Part shown: positions 20,850-31,156 of the stretch, piece after piece
Layout of the letters: each line of letters starts with the position of its first letter
Numbering within the stretch: the first letter of the stretch is position 1
Source of the DNA: Terriglobia bacterium
GTDB taxonomy: Bacteria > Acidobacteriota > Terriglobia > JAJPHL01 > JAPKYU01
NCBI GenBank assembly: GCA_965206645.1
Contig: CBDBKE010000002.1
Span: forward strand, 544,001-608,000
Direction: 5' to 3'
DNA length: 64,000 nt
Translations under genes and position numbers: made by a program
The notes under the pieces: model-generated
Told to the model about the DNA's origin: nothing
What the model saw: the letters and a program-made list of their open reading frames with translations, nothing else
Database searches by the model: none

Positions 20850-21782
20850 ATGCTGATCCGTATTCCACGCCTCTGGGAAATTCCGGAACGGCTGGCCACC
20901 CCTGAGGACGCAGTTCTGAACCGGCGGCAGCTCTTGCGTGCCGGCGCCATCGGCGCCGCCGCGCTGGGAGCAAGCGGGCTGGCCTTCCCAGAAGCCGCTG
21001 AGGCTGCTGTCGGCCGCAATCCCAAGTACAAGCTGGACCGGCCTCTCACCGACGAGCGCGTCGCGGCCACCTACAACAACTTCTATGAATTCGATCAGCA
21101 GGACAAGACCGCCCCGGCTCGCCTGGCACAGAAGCTGACGACCCATCCCTGGACGATTGAGGTCACCGGATTGGTCCAGAAGAAGCTGAAACTGGACGTC
21201 GAGGACCTGATCCGCAAGATGCCACTGGAGGAGCGCCTCTACCGGTTTCGCTGCGTGGAAGCCTGGGCCATGGCCGTGCCCTGGACCGGCTTTCCCATGA
21301 AGGCCTTCCTAGAGTACGTGAAGCCGCTTTCTTCAGCCAACTTCGTGCGCTTTGTCACTTTCTTCCGGCCCGGCGAGGCTCCCGGCTTCGCGAAGTATCA
21401 CTGGTATCCCTGGCCGTACCACGAGGGGCTGACGATGGCCGAAGCCGCCAATGAAATGACCCTGATGGTCACTGGGATTTTCGGTCATGACCTGCCAAAG
21501 CAGCACGGCGCGCCGATCCGGATGATCGTACCGTGGAAGTACGGCTTCAAGAGCATCAAGAGCATCGTCAAGGTCGAGTTCACCAAGAAGCAGCCACGTA
21601 CCTTCTGGAACACGGTTGCGCCCAAGGAATATGATTTCTGGTCCAACGTGAATCCCAAGGTGCCGCACAAGCGTTGGTCCCAGGCCACCGAACAGATGAT
21701 TGACACGCGCGAGCGGCGGCCGACCCATCCCTACAACGGCTACGGGCAATACGTGGCCCACCTCTACTCCAGAGCCAAGTAA
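20850..21782 (+). CDS. msrP: Periplasmic methionine sulfoxide reductase catalytic subunit (Mo, Tat)
   Basis: NRRQLL Tat motif, YNNFYEF, RFRCVEAW, PWKYGFKSIKSI, WSQATE. Confidence 0.93.
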   Translation: MLIRIPRLWEIPERLATPEDAVLNRRQLLRAGAIGAAALGASGLAFPEAAEAAVGRNPKYKLDRPLTDERVAATYNNFYEFDQQDKTAPARLAQKLTTHPWTIEVTGLVQKKLKLDVEDLIRKMPLEERLYRFRCVEAWAMAVPWTGFPMKAFLEYVKPLSSANFVRFVTFFRPGEAPGFAKYHWYPWPYHEGLTMAEAANEMTLMVTGIFGHDLPKQHGAPIRMIVPWKYGFKSIKSIVKVEFTKKQPRTFWNTVAPKEYDFWSNVNPKVPHKRWSQATEQMIDTRERRPTHPYNGYGQYVAHLYSRAK

Positions 21783-21819
21783 GCGCTCCGCCTTTTTCCA
21801 ATGGTTTCCACGCTCATGA

Positions 21820-21843
21820 CCGGGCAGGGCCGTCCCTGCCCGG
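21820..21843. terminator. Perfect 10-bp hairpin between convergent msrP and bshA
   Basis: ccgggcaggg-ccgt-ccctgcccgg; no clear U-tract. Confidence 0.4.
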
Positions 21844-21893
21844 CTCTCGCTTGGCTGGCGTAGCCTCCCGTAGCATGCCGTAGCTGGGCGGCT

Positions 21894-23039
21894 TCAGCGC
21901 TCCAGCACCTGGCGGTAGTAACGCTCGTACTGGGGAAGAATCAAGGTAGCGCAAAAGCGGGTGAGTGCCGTGTTGCGGGCGGCCTCGGCCATGCGCCTCC
22001 GCCGCTCCGGCTCGCGGAGCAGCAGCAGGACGCGCCCAGCCATGGTCTCCGTGTCGCCGACTTCGCTCAGGTAGCCGTCGTGCCCGTCGGTGATGACCTC
22101 CGGAACACCTCCCACCCGGGTGGCGACCGGGATGGCCCCGCAGGCCATGGCTTCCAGCGCCGCCAGCCCGAAAGATTCCATCCCGCTGGGCAGCAGCAAC
22201 ACCTCGCACAGCGGCAGCAGGCGATGCACGTTGTCCTGCTTGCCCAGGAACAACACATCGCGCTCCACGCCCAATTGGCGCGCCACGTACTCGGCGTTGC
22301 CCCGTTCCGGACCGTCGCCGATCATCAGCAGCCTGGCCGGCATTTCCTTTCTCACTCGGGCGAACACAGCGACCACGTCAGCAATCCGTTTGACGGCACG
22401 GAAATTGGACAGGTGGGCTACCAACTGCTCCCCGGCCGGGGCCAGCACGGCCCGGGCCGCCTCATCGCGCTTCGGGTGGTAGAGGTCACAGTTCACGAAG
22501 TTGTGGATGACCTGGATCGGGCGCTGGATTTCCAGCTCCCGTTGGGTGGTCTCGCGCAGGTTGTGGCTGATGGCGGTGACGCCGTCGCTGTACTCGATGG
22601 CGAAGCGGGTGATGGGCAGGTAAGAGTGATCCGTGCCCACCAGGGTGATGTCGGTCCCGTGCAGGGTGGTGACAAAGGGGAGGCGGCGCCCGGACTGGCT
22701 GACCAGCATGGCCTGGGCCAGGTAGGCGCTGACCGAGTGAGGAATCGCGTAGTGCACATGCAGCAGGTCCAGTCCTTCCGCGAAGGCCACCTCGGCCATG
22801 CGGGTGGCCAGTGCCAGCGTGTAGGGCGGGTAGTCGAACAACGGGTAGGTGGTCACCTCCACCTCATGGTAGGTGATATTTTGGGCGATCGAGGAGTCAG
22901 CCGAAAGGTCCAGGCGGATCGGGCGGGCGTAGGTGATGAAATGGACCTGGTGCCCGCGTGCCGCCAATTCCATCCCCAGTTCGGAGGCCACCACCCCGCT
23001 GCCCCCATAGGTCGGATAGCAGGTAATTCCAATCTTCAT
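21894..23039 (-). CDS. bshA: N-acetyl-alpha-D-glucosaminyl L-malate synthase (bacillithiol pathway)
   Basis: MKIGITCYPTYGGSG, HVHYAIPH, TTLHGTDIT, SNFRAVKR, ESFGLAALEA. Confidence 0.93.
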   Translation of the reverse strand: MKIGITCYPTYGGSGVVASELGMELAARGHQVHFITYARPIRLDLSADSSIAQNITYHEVEVTTYPLFDYPPYTLALATRMAEVAFAEGLDLLHVHYAIPHSVSAYLAQAMLVSQSGRRLPFVTTLHGTDITLVGTDHSYLPITRFAIEYSDGVTAISHNLRETTQRELEIQRPIQVIHNFVNCDLYHPKRDEAARAVLAPAGEQLVAHLSNFRAVKRIADVVAVFARVRKEMPARLLMIGDGPERGNAEYVARQLGVERDVLFLGKQDNVHRLLPLCEVLLLPSGMESFGLAALEAMACGAIPVATRVGGVPEVITDGHDGYLSEVGDTETMAGRVLLLLREPERRRRMAEAARNTALTRFCATLILPQYERYYRQVLER

Positions 23040-23296
23040 GCACCTTCAGTGTAATACGCCTTTGGCTAAGGAACGCTCAAGACCACCGGGTCGGTCTTTC
23101 GTTTCACCACCAAGTCGCAAAGACATCGGCGCGTGGTTAGTCGTGCTCATCGTTGTGCTCATCAGGGAAGCGCCCAGCTCAGTCTTCCAGAAGACGCGGA
23201 AAAGCCAACACTGGCGGGGAATTATAGAAAATTCCGATGACCCGGATAACCAGCTTCAGTTGCGCGTTTTCACGCGCTATGGTGAACTGGAAAGCT

Positions 23297-25903
23297 ATGC
23301 CAGGCAGTCGTAGCTCGGCGCCGAGTAAAGTCAAGGCCGCGCCCACTTATCAGCGCCGCTCCGCCCAGCTCCGCGAAGAGTTTCTTGCCTCCGGGGACGG
23401 ATACGCTCTGGTTCGCGGGCGGTCGGCAGCCGTGGACGAGATAGTGCTGTCGGCCTACACCCGGTACTTGTCTGCGGATCCCATCGGCCCCTCCGGCTTC
23501 TGCCTGGCGGCCCTTGGAGGATACGGCCGCCGAGAGCTGTTCCCTCACTCCGATGTGGACTTGCTGCTGCTGTTTGCCCGTCAAGTAGGGCAGCCAGTCA
23601 CCCGCGAGCAAATCGCCGAGTTCCTCCGGGAACTTTGGGACGCCGGGCTGCGCCTGGGACACTCGGTCCGACTGCTGGCCGAATGCGGCACGCTGGCGGA
23701 GGGCAATACCGAATTCAGCGTGGCCCTGATGGATGCGCGCTTCGTGGCCGGCGATCGGGCACTGTTCGACCGGCTGCAACAGGAAACGCTGCCGCGCCTG
23801 GTGCAGCGTGAACGGACGGTACTGCTGCGTAACCTGATAAGCCTGGCCGAATTCCGCCACAAGAAATTTGGCCAAACCATCTACCACCTGGAACCCGACG
23901 TCAAGGAATCGCCCGGAGGGTTGCGCGACTACCAGCTCGCCTGCTGGCTGTCGCGGATTTTGCGCGCCGAGGAAAAGAGCGTGCCGCCCCGGGAGGAGTT
24001 GCCCGAGACGGCGCGGCGCGAGGTGGCCGACGCCCACCAGTTTCTCGCTGCGGCCCGGGTCCAACTGCATCTGCTGTGCGGGCGCGACGCTAACACGCTC
24101 AGCTTCGACCTGCAGGAAGAGCTGGCGAGGCAGGGCCGACCGGGCCAGGGCGAGACTAGCGCGGAACACCCCGGCGCGGAACAGTGGATGCGGTCTTATT
24201 TTGGCCACGTGCGCCACATCTATCGGATGGTCAGCCACTCCCTGCGCCAGTCGGCCGCGCCGCGTTCTACGCTTTCCCGCTGGCTGCAGCAGCGGCAGGA
24301 GCGCTTTTCCAACACCGACTTTGCGGTCCACAGCGGCGAGGTGTTCCTGCGCAATCCCATCCACGCGCAACGGGACCCGGGCCTGTGGCTGGATCTGTTT
24401 GAGTTTCAAGCCCGGCACGGGGTCGCTCTGAGCCTGGAAACGGAACGACGCCTCGATCGTCAGCTCGCCGAACTGGCTGAGTGGGCACAGCAGGCTCCCC
24501 ATCTGTGGCCCCGCTTCCGTCGCATTCTGGCGCTGCCACACGCCTATACGGCCCTGGCGGCCATGCATGAACTGGGAATGTTGGGGGCGCTGTTCCCCGA
24601 GTTTCGCCTGATCGAGTCGCTCGTGATCCGGGACCTCTATCACAAATACACGGTGGACGAGCACTCCCTGCTGACCATCAAACACCTGCAAGAACTGAAA
24701 CCCTTGGCCGGACGCAAGGAACCTGAGCGCACGCCCGAGGGCCGTTTCCCGGCCCGCTTCGCCGAAGTGTTCGCCGAGCTGGACCATCCTGAGCCGATGT
24801 TGCTAGCCCTGCTCTTCCATGACCTTGGCAAGAGCGGGTACGGCGAGCATGTACAAGTTTCGCTGCGGCTGCTGGATCCCATTCTGGCCCGATTAAAAAT
24901 GGAGGAAGCCGAGTTGGACCTGGTCCGGTTCCTGGTGGGAAACCATCTGTTGATGTCCACCACCCTCGGCACCCGCGATCTGTCTGACCCGGAGACGATC
25001 CAAGAGTTTGCCGCCCGCATGGGAACCACGGAACGGTTGAAGATGCTTTGCCTGTTCACCTACGCCGACATCCAGTCGGTGAACCCCGGCGCGCTGACGC
25101 CGTGGAAGGAAGAGATGCTGTGGCAGCTCTACCTGGCCGCCCACAATGAACTCACCCGGCAACTGGACACTGACCGCGCCGAGCCCGGGGAAATGGCCAT
25201 GTCGTTTCGCCCCGAAGTAACCGCGTTCCTGGAGGGCTTCCCCCGGCGCTACCTGAAGACGCATACCCCGGCCGAAATTCTGGCGCACTTCGGGCTGGCC
25301 CAGCAGCTGGCGCATCGGCCGGTCCAGTTTTCGCTGAGCCGCCATCATGGCCACCACCAGTTGTTGGTCCTCACCTTCGATCACCCGTTCCTGTTTGCTG
25401 CCATCACCGGGGCCCTGGCGGCCTTCGGGACAAACATCCACAAGGTGGAAGCCTTCTCCAACCGGCAGGGTATCGTGCTGGACACCTTCCAGTTCGTGGA
25501 CCTGCACCGGACGCTGGAATTGAATTCCGAGGAGTCGGAGCGCCTGCTGAAGATGCTGGAAGACGCCATCCTGGGCAAGACGGACGTGGCCAAGATGATT
25601 GCCGGGAGGCTGGACCGGCCCGTACCCGGACGGGCCAGCTATCGCGTGGAAACGCGGGTCCGCTTCGACAGCTCGGCCTCGGCCTACAGCACCCTGCTGG
25701 AGGTGATCACCCGCGACCGGCCCGGCTTGCTCTACCGCATCTCCAACGTTCTTTCGGCGCACGGCTGCAACATCGAAGTCGTGCTCGCCGACACCCAGGG
25801 ACCCATGGTCATTGACGTTTTCTACGTCACTCGCGAGGGCGGCCCGCTGGATCCTGAGTGGCAGTCGGCGCTGGAAAAGGAACTGTGCCGCGTTCTGGAG
25901 TAG
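23297..25903 (+). CDS. glnD: PII uridylyltransferase/uridylyl-removing enzyme
   Basis: GGYGRRELFPHSDVD, KESPGGLRD, HKYTVDEH, FHDLGK, two C-terminal ACT domains. Confidence 0.93.
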   Translation: MPGSRSSAPSKVKAAPTYQRRSAQLREEFLASGDGYALVRGRSAAVDEIVLSAYTRYLSADPIGPSGFCLAALGGYGRRELFPHSDVDLLLLFARQVGQPVTREQIAEFLRELWDAGLRLGHSVRLLAECGTLAEGNTEFSVALMDARFVAGDRALFDRLQQETLPRLVQRERTVLLRNLISLAEFRHKKFGQTIYHLEPDVKESPGGLRDYQLACWLSRILRAEEKSVPPREELPETARREVADAHQFLAAARVQLHLLCGRDANTLSFDLQEELARQGRPGQGETSAEHPGAEQWMRSYFGHVRHIYRMVSHSLRQSAAPRSTLSRWLQQRQERFSNTDFAVHSGEVFLRNPIHAQRDPGLWLDLFEFQARHGVALSLETERRLDRQLAELAEWAQQAPHLWPRFRRILALPHAYTALAAMHELGMLGALFPEFRLIESLVIRDLYHKYTVDEHSLLTIKHLQELKPLAGRKEPERTPEGRFPARFAEVFAELDHPEPMLLALLFHDLGKSGYGEHVQVSLRLLDPILARLKMEEAELDLVRFLVGNHLLMSTTLGTRDLSDPETIQEFAARMGTTERLKMLCLFTYADIQSVNPGALTPWKEEMLWQLYLAAHNELTRQLDTDRAEPGEMAMSFRPEVTAFLEGFPRRYLKTHTPAEILAHFGLAQQLAHRPVQFSLSRHHGHHQLLVLTFDHPFLFAAITGALAAFGTNIHKVEAFSNRQGIVLDTFQFVDLHRTLELNSEESERLLKMLEDAILGKTDVAKMIAGRLDRPVPGRASYRVETRVRFDSSASAYSTLLEVITRDRPGLLYRISNVLSAHGCNIEVVLADTQGPMVIDVFYVTREGGPLDPEWQSALEKELCRVLE

Positions 25904-25961
25904 GGGCGAACGGCTTGCTGCACTCGTGGCGCGGGCTCTGCCGGGGAGATTCAGAGGCCCG

Positions 25962-27266
25962 CTATGCCAGGTCGCGCAATTCGCTCATCCGAAGGCGCAC
26001 GACGGCAGTGATGGCCAGCGCGACCAGGCAAAGCGAAGCCAGTGCCTCTGGGGCTCCGATGTGCTCGGCCACCGCGCCAGCCAACAGGCCGCCGAGTGGA
26101 GCCAAGCCCAGGAAGGCCATCGCGTGCGTGGCCATGATGCGGCCGCGCATCTCGGGGGCAACGTACTTCTGAAGCAGGTTGTTAATGGTGGAGAAGGCGG
26201 TCACCATGGTGGCGCCGGTTAGCGCCAGGGCCACCAGCGCCAGATCAAACCGGCGGGAAAGGGCAAAAACGACCAGCGCGGCGTAAAACAGCAGCGCAGA
26301 GTGCAGCGCGAAGGCGCCTTTCCGCGACCGGTCGCCGCGCCAGGCCAGCAGCAGGGCGCCCGACAGCGCGCCGACCCCGGCCGACCCCATCAGGTATCCG
26401 AAGCCGCGCGGCCCCACCTCCAGGACGTCGCGCGCGAACACGGGCATCAGCACGATATAGGGCATGCCGCAGAAGCTCGCCAGCGCCTCCAGCAGGATCA
26501 AGGTGCGCAGCACGCGGTGTCGGCGCAGGTAGTAAAAGGTAGCCAGCAGCGGCTTCCAAAGCCGACCGGAGCTTCCGGCATCGGCGGCGGCGCGGGCCGG
26601 CAGGCGAATCCGCGCCAGCGCCAACAGCAGCGCCAGGAAGCTAAAGGCATTCAGGTAGAAGCAGCCGGCGACTCCGATGCGGTCCATAGCCAAGCCTGCC
26701 AGGGCGGGCCCCAGCATGCGAGACAAGTTGTACTGGGCTGAGTTCAACGCGATCGCGTTGGTCAGATCCTCGGCCCCCACCAGTTCGGGCAGGCTGGCCT
26801 GGTAAGCCGGCGTGTTCATGGCCATTGCCATTCCCGACAGGAACGAGAGCACCAGGATATGCCGGATGTTGACGATGTCCAGCGAGGTCAGCAAGGCCAG
26901 CAGAAACGCCAGGACCATCAGCGCCGACTGCGCCAGCAGCATCACTCGGCGGCGATCGGCGCGGTCGGCGATGACCCCGCCGAGCGGAGTGAACAATAGC
27001 AGCGGAATCCAGGAGGTGAACCCCACCAGTCCCAGCCAAAACGGGGAATCGGTCAGCTGCAGAACCAGCCAGCCCTGCGCCAGGGTGTACATCCAGGTGC
27101 CGGTGTTGGAGATGAAGTTGCCGCTCCAAAACAACCGGTACTGCGGGTGCCGCAGTGCGCGAAACATCCGGCGCACCGGTGGCTGCGGAACCGGGGCCAC
27201 CGGTACTTCCGGCTCGACGACCTGCGCTAGCTTGCTGACTTCGGTGCTGGAATCCGGATTCGGCAT
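25962..27266 (-). CDS. MFS transporter
   Basis: GGVIADRADRR motif A; 12 TM pattern. Confidence 0.9.
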   Translation of the reverse strand: MPNPDSSTEVSKLAQVVEPEVPVAPVPQPPVRRMFRALRHPQYRLFWSGNFISNTGTWMYTLAQGWLVLQLTDSPFWLGLVGFTSWIPLLLFTPLGGVIADRADRRRVMLLAQSALMVLAFLLALLTSLDIVNIRHILVLSFLSGMAMAMNTPAYQASLPELVGAEDLTNAIALNSAQYNLSRMLGPALAGLAMDRIGVAGCFYLNAFSFLALLLALARIRLPARAAADAGSSGRLWKPLLATFYYLRRHRVLRTLILLEALASFCGMPYIVLMPVFARDVLEVGPRGFGYLMGSAGVGALSGALLLAWRGDRSRKGAFALHSALLFYAALVVFALSRRFDLALVALALTGATMVTAFSTINNLLQKYVAPEMRGRIMATHAMAFLGLAPLGGLLAGAVAEHIGAPEALASLCLVALAITAVVRLRMSELRDLA

Positions 27267-27322
27267 GCAAGGATTCACCGCCAGCGGCAGAACAGCCTGG
27301 CCGGCTTCTGCGGCGCTGGCGG

Positions 27323-27670
27323 CTAGGATTGGCTCTTGAACACCCCAACCACGTTTCCTTCCGGGTCGGCAAACATGCCCATGGCTCCCATACCTGGAAT
27401 CGGCGTGTTGGGAACGACCACCTTGCCGCCAAGCTCTCCCGCTTTCTTCAGGGAAGCGTCAATGTCGTCCACTTGTACATAGAAGGTCACGTAATTGGGA
27501 GCGCCTGCAGGTGGCTTGAAGATGCCACCATTCAGGCCCCCGGTGTTGGTCATCCCGTAATTCATCGGGTTGTTAGAATCAATGTTCCACTCAAACAGGG
27601 CGCTGTAGAACTTCTTGGCCTGTTCGGCATCTTTCACCGCAATTTCCCAGTGCACCACAGGGTTGGGCAT
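27323..27670 (-). CDS. VOC family protein
   Basis: MPNPVVHWEI, FYSALFEW, YVQVDDID, FADPEGN. Confidence 0.88.
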   Translation of the reverse strand: MPNPVVHWEIAVKDAEQAKKFYSALFEWNIDSNNPMNYGMTNTGGLNGGIFKPPAGAPNYVTFYVQVDDIDASLKKAGELGGKVVVPNTPIPGMGAMGMFADPEGNVVGVFKSQS

Positions 27671-27875
27671 AGCGTCTCCTTCTGAGGATTTTTCAGGAAC
27701 ACCCACGTATTGCAAACATCGAAGAAGCCGGGAAGCGGGAAAGGATATCAGACGGTTTGCCGCACTGTCGAGAAGCTTTCCGCGAACGCTGCGGGCCTGC
27801 GTCACGTCGCACGATTCGATGGCTTCTCGCCAATTTCCTGCGTCGCTATCGGCCCGGCGTAGTATAACCACTGCC

Positions 27876-28748
27876 ATGAACGACCCTCAAACACAGCGCG
27901 AGAATCGCGCACCGGCCCTGGCGTACGAAAAGGCGAAATTCCTGGCCAGCCCCGACGCCCGCGCGCTACGCGTTCTTTCCGAATACATGGAGCCGCTGGC
28001 TCGATTCCGGCGCCAGAACATCCAGGACACGGTGGTGTTTTTCGGCTCGGCCCGCGTGCACAGCCGCCAGGAGGCGGAACGGCAGCTCCAGGCGTTGAAG
28101 CAAGCCGGCGACGCAAACCGCGATCCACAGCTTGCGGAGCAGGTTAAGGAGGCTGGAGTCGCGCTGAACTGGTCGCGCTACTATGAGGAAGCACGGGAGT
28201 TGGCGCGACTGCTGACCGCCTGGGCCAAGCCCCTGCCATTTGCCCGCCGCCGGTTTGTCGTGTGCTCCGGCGGTGGACCAGGCATTATGGAAGCGGCCAA
28301 TCGGGGCGCCTCCGAAGCCGGGGGAAAGAGCATCGGCCTCAATATCTCCCTCCCCTTCGAACAACCCCCGAACCCCTATATCACCCCTGAGCTAAGCTTC
28401 CAGTTTCATTATTTCTTCATGAGGAAGTTCTGGTTCGTGTATCTAGCCAAGGCGGTGGTGATTTTCCCGGGCGGCTTCGGTACGCTGGATGAGCTATTTG
28501 AACTGCTGACCCTGGTCCAGACCAACCGGCTTGCCAAGCGAATAGCCGTCCTCATCTACGGCCGCCAGTACTGGGACAGTGTTCTGCGTCTGGAGAAGCT
28601 GGCCGAGTGGGGCGCCATTAGTCCGGAAGATCTGGAGTTGTTCCAGTACGCGGACTCGCCGCAGGAGGGTTTCGACGTACTCAAAGGCTACCTGGAAACG
28701 AACCACCTGCACCTGCCAGCTGCCGAAGAAGAAGGCCCAGACATTTAA
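27876..28748 (+). CDS. LOG family (lysine-decarboxylase-like) nucleotide phosphoribohydrolase
   Basis: FGSAR, GGGPGIMEAAN, PGGFGTLDE. Confidence 0.92.
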   Translation: MNDPQTQRENRAPALAYEKAKFLASPDARALRVLSEYMEPLARFRRQNIQDTVVFFGSARVHSRQEAERQLQALKQAGDANRDPQLAEQVKEAGVALNWSRYYEEARELARLLTAWAKPLPFARRRFVVCSGGGPGIMEAANRGASEAGGKSIGLNISLPFEQPPNPYITPELSFQFHYFFMRKFWFVYLAKAVVIFPGGFGTLDELFELLTLVQTNRLAKRIAVLIYGRQYWDSVLRLEKLAEWGAISPEDLELFQYADSPQEGFDVLKGYLETNHLHLPAAEEEGPDI

Positions 28749-28821
28749 TGCCGGACATTTAATAATAGAAGCGCCTGCGAATCTGAATGCTGCGCACCTG
28801 CCCGGAGATAAGCTAGCTGCG

Positions 28822-30372
28822 ATGGGCCACCGCGCGTATGCGAGAGCTGCGCCACTTGCTGCGGGGCCGTGTCCGCGCCGCAGCGAATCGGAGGTCCTGG
28901 AGCCCTACGTCGAGGACGCCTCCGGGTTTACCGGACGCGCCGAATTGCTGCTGCTTCCCGACGATGAAGCCCAGGTCAGCGCCGTGCTGCGCGAAGCGGG
29001 GCGCACCGAGACGCCGGTGACAGTCTCAGGCGCCGGCACCGGGCTCACAGGAGCCCGGGTGGCGCAGGGCGGCTGGGTACTGTCTGTGGAGCGGCTAAAC
29101 CGCATTCTCGAAATTGCCCCGGGAGGCACGCGCATTCAGCCAGGAGTTTTGCTGAAAGAATTGCAAGCGACGGCCCAGCAGACCGGGCAGTTCTACCCGC
29201 CGGATCCCACCGAGATCCACGCCAGCATCGGGGGCACCATCGCCTGCAACGCTTCCGGTGCGCGCAGCTTCAAGTATGGGGCGACACGCCGCCACGTGCG
29301 CCGCCTGCGGCTGGTGTTACCCAACGGCGATCTGCTGGAACTCGTGCGCGGCGAGGTGACAGCCAACGCCGCAGGATGCTTCCAGATGGTGCTGGCCAGC
29401 GGCGACATGCGCGAAATTCGTCTGCCCGATTTTCCCATGCCCGCCACCACCAAGCACTCCGCCGGCTACTGGTTTCGGCCGGGCATGGACCTTGTGGACT
29501 TGTTCATTGGTTCGGAAGGAACCCTGGGCGTGGTGACCGAAGCCGAGCTGGCGCTGCTGCCCTGGCCCGGCGAGGTCCTGGGCGGCGTCATCTTTTACTC
29601 TAGCGAGAGGGCCGCACTGGACTTTGCGACCCGAGCGCAGCGCCTCGCCCACGACTCGCAGTGGGCCGGCCCGGCCTGCGCGCGACTGCTGGAGTTTTTC
29701 GATCACAACTCGCTGGCCCTGCTGCGCCTGCACCGTTACCCGGAAATTCCTGCCCAGGCCCAGGCCGCGATTCTGCTGGAGCAGGAAATCGGCAGCAGCC
29801 CGCGGGAAGAGGCGGCCGAGCGCTGGCTGGAGGTGATCGGGGAACAGGACGCGTTGCTGGAGGATTCCTGGTTTGCTGTTTCGGCCGCGGAGCGGGAAAA
29901 GTTCCGGGAATTTCGCCACGCCATCGCCCTGATCGTCAACGACACCGCCCGGCTCAACGGCTATCCCAAGCTAGCCACCGACCAAGCGGTCCCCGTAGAG
30001 CGGACTCAGGAAATTCTCGCCTTCTACCACCACGAACTGGACGCCCTGTTTGCCGGCGCCAACCCGCCCCAGTACACCATCTACGGCCACATCGGCGACG
30101 GCCACCTGCATGTAAACATGCTGCCAACCAATGAAGCCGACTTCGGCGCAGCCAAATCTCTGCTGCTGAAATTCGCCGCGCGGGCGGTGAAGCTGGGCGG
30201 CACGGTGGGGGCCGAGCATGGCCTGGGCAAGAGCAAAGCCCACCTGCTCAAGCTGCTGTATCCGCCGGAGGTGCTCGAGGCCATGTGGCGCATCAAGCTG
30301 GCCCTGGACCCCAAGAACCTGCTCAACCGCGGCAACCTGTTCGGGACCAGTCCCCTGCTCCAGCCTGCCTAG
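28822..30372 (+). CDS. FAD-linked oxidase (GlcD/D-lactate dehydrogenase-like)
   Basis: GAGTGLTG, YPPDPT, FIGSEGTLGV, GHIGDGHLH, AEHGLGK; start uncertain. Confidence 0.88.
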   Translation: MGHRAYARAAPLAAGPCPRRSESEVLEPYVEDASGFTGRAELLLLPDDEAQVSAVLREAGRTETPVTVSGAGTGLTGARVAQGGWVLSVERLNRILEIAPGGTRIQPGVLLKELQATAQQTGQFYPPDPTEIHASIGGTIACNASGARSFKYGATRRHVRRLRLVLPNGDLLELVRGEVTANAAGCFQMVLASGDMREIRLPDFPMPATTKHSAGYWFRPGMDLVDLFIGSEGTLGVVTEAELALLPWPGEVLGGVIFYSSERAALDFATRAQRLAHDSQWAGPACARLLEFFDHNSLALLRLHRYPEIPAQAQAAILLEQEIGSSPREEAAERWLEVIGEQDALLEDSWFAVSAAEREKFREFRHAIALIVNDTARLNGYPKLATDQAVPVERTQEILAFYHHELDALFAGANPPQYTIYGHIGDGHLHVNMLPTNEADFGAAKSLLLKFAARAVKLGGTVGAEHGLGKSKAHLLKLLYPPEVLEAMWRIKLALDPKNLLNRGNLFGTSPLLQPA

Positions 30373-30389
30373 CGCATCTGTTGCATTTC

Positions 30390-30443
30390 CATCCTGAGCA
30401 CAGCCAGAGTCGAGGGGAGTGCCTTGCGAAGAAAGGGATGACA
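30390..30443. repeat. REP-like element (CATCCTGAGC...GTCGAGGG...GGATGACA) between convergent genes
   Basis: Imperfect terminal inverted arms; resembles the sequence at 62960. Confidence 0.4.
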
Positions 30444-30457
30444 GCGAAGGGCAAAAA

Positions 30458-31156
30458 TCACTCGGAGCGGCGGCGGGCGAGAGAGCCAGCCAGCAGGGCT
30501 CCAAGCGTGCTGAGCGCGAGGAAACTGAACAGATAGACGGTAGCTAGCATCACAAGCAGCACGGCGGCGCCGCCTGGCGAATTGATCAGCTCCTGGATTT
30601 GAGCCGCATCCTCGGGTTTCAGCATGGGCGCTGACCGCTCCAGGTTCTCCCGCAGGTAATCCAAAAACCCCAGAGTACTGCGCCGGATCAGGGCAAAGGA
30701 AACCATGGCCACCAGGGAAGCCACCAGGCAGCCGAAAAGGCCGCTTAGGGCTCCCAAGCGGGCTGCTTCGTTGGAAAAGGTTGTGCGGCCAAATTGCTTA
30801 TGAAAGAAGAAAACCGCCAGCGCCCCGCAGCCCAGCATCCACAGGCAAGCGCAGTTGCTGGTGCCGGGGACGCCCACCAGCGCGCCGGCGGCGACGGCAG
30901 CCCAGAACGCCGGGCCCACCATCTGCGGTCCGGAAACCGGCGCCACTCTCCAGCCTGGAGGTGCCGGAGCCACTTCCGGCTCCGGCGCGAGGACTGTCGA
31001 ATCCTGAGTGCTTGGGGATTCCTCCTCTGGCTGATCTTCGGAAGCCGCTGCGCTATCCGGCGGCTGTTCGGACGTCTTGAGCTTCTGTCCACAAATGGGG
31101 CAGAAATACGCAATCGCCGGCAATTCGGCGTCGCAATTGGGACAGCGTTCCATCAA
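30458..31156 (-). CDS. Zinc-ribbon membrane protein
   Basis: CPNC..FCPICG N-terminus; TM helices with NCACLW. Confidence 0.75.
   Translation of the reverse strand: MMERCPNCDAELPAIAYFCPICGQKLKTSEQPPDSAAASEDQPEEESPSTQDSTVLAPEPEVAPAPPGWRVAPVSGPQMVGPAFWAAVAAGALVGVPGTSNCACLWMLGCGALAVFFFHKQFGRTTFSNEAARLGALSGLFGCLVASLVAMVSFALIRRSTLGFLDYLRENLERSAPMLKPEDAAQIQELINSPGGAAVLLVMLATVYLFSFLALSTLGALLAGSLARRRSE

Noticed and set aside
23270-24787. Long antisense ORFs (also 3090-4205, 9936-11018, 31743-32873, 42150-43253)
   Set aside because: Shadow frames of well-supported GC-rich genes, with no recognisable motifs.
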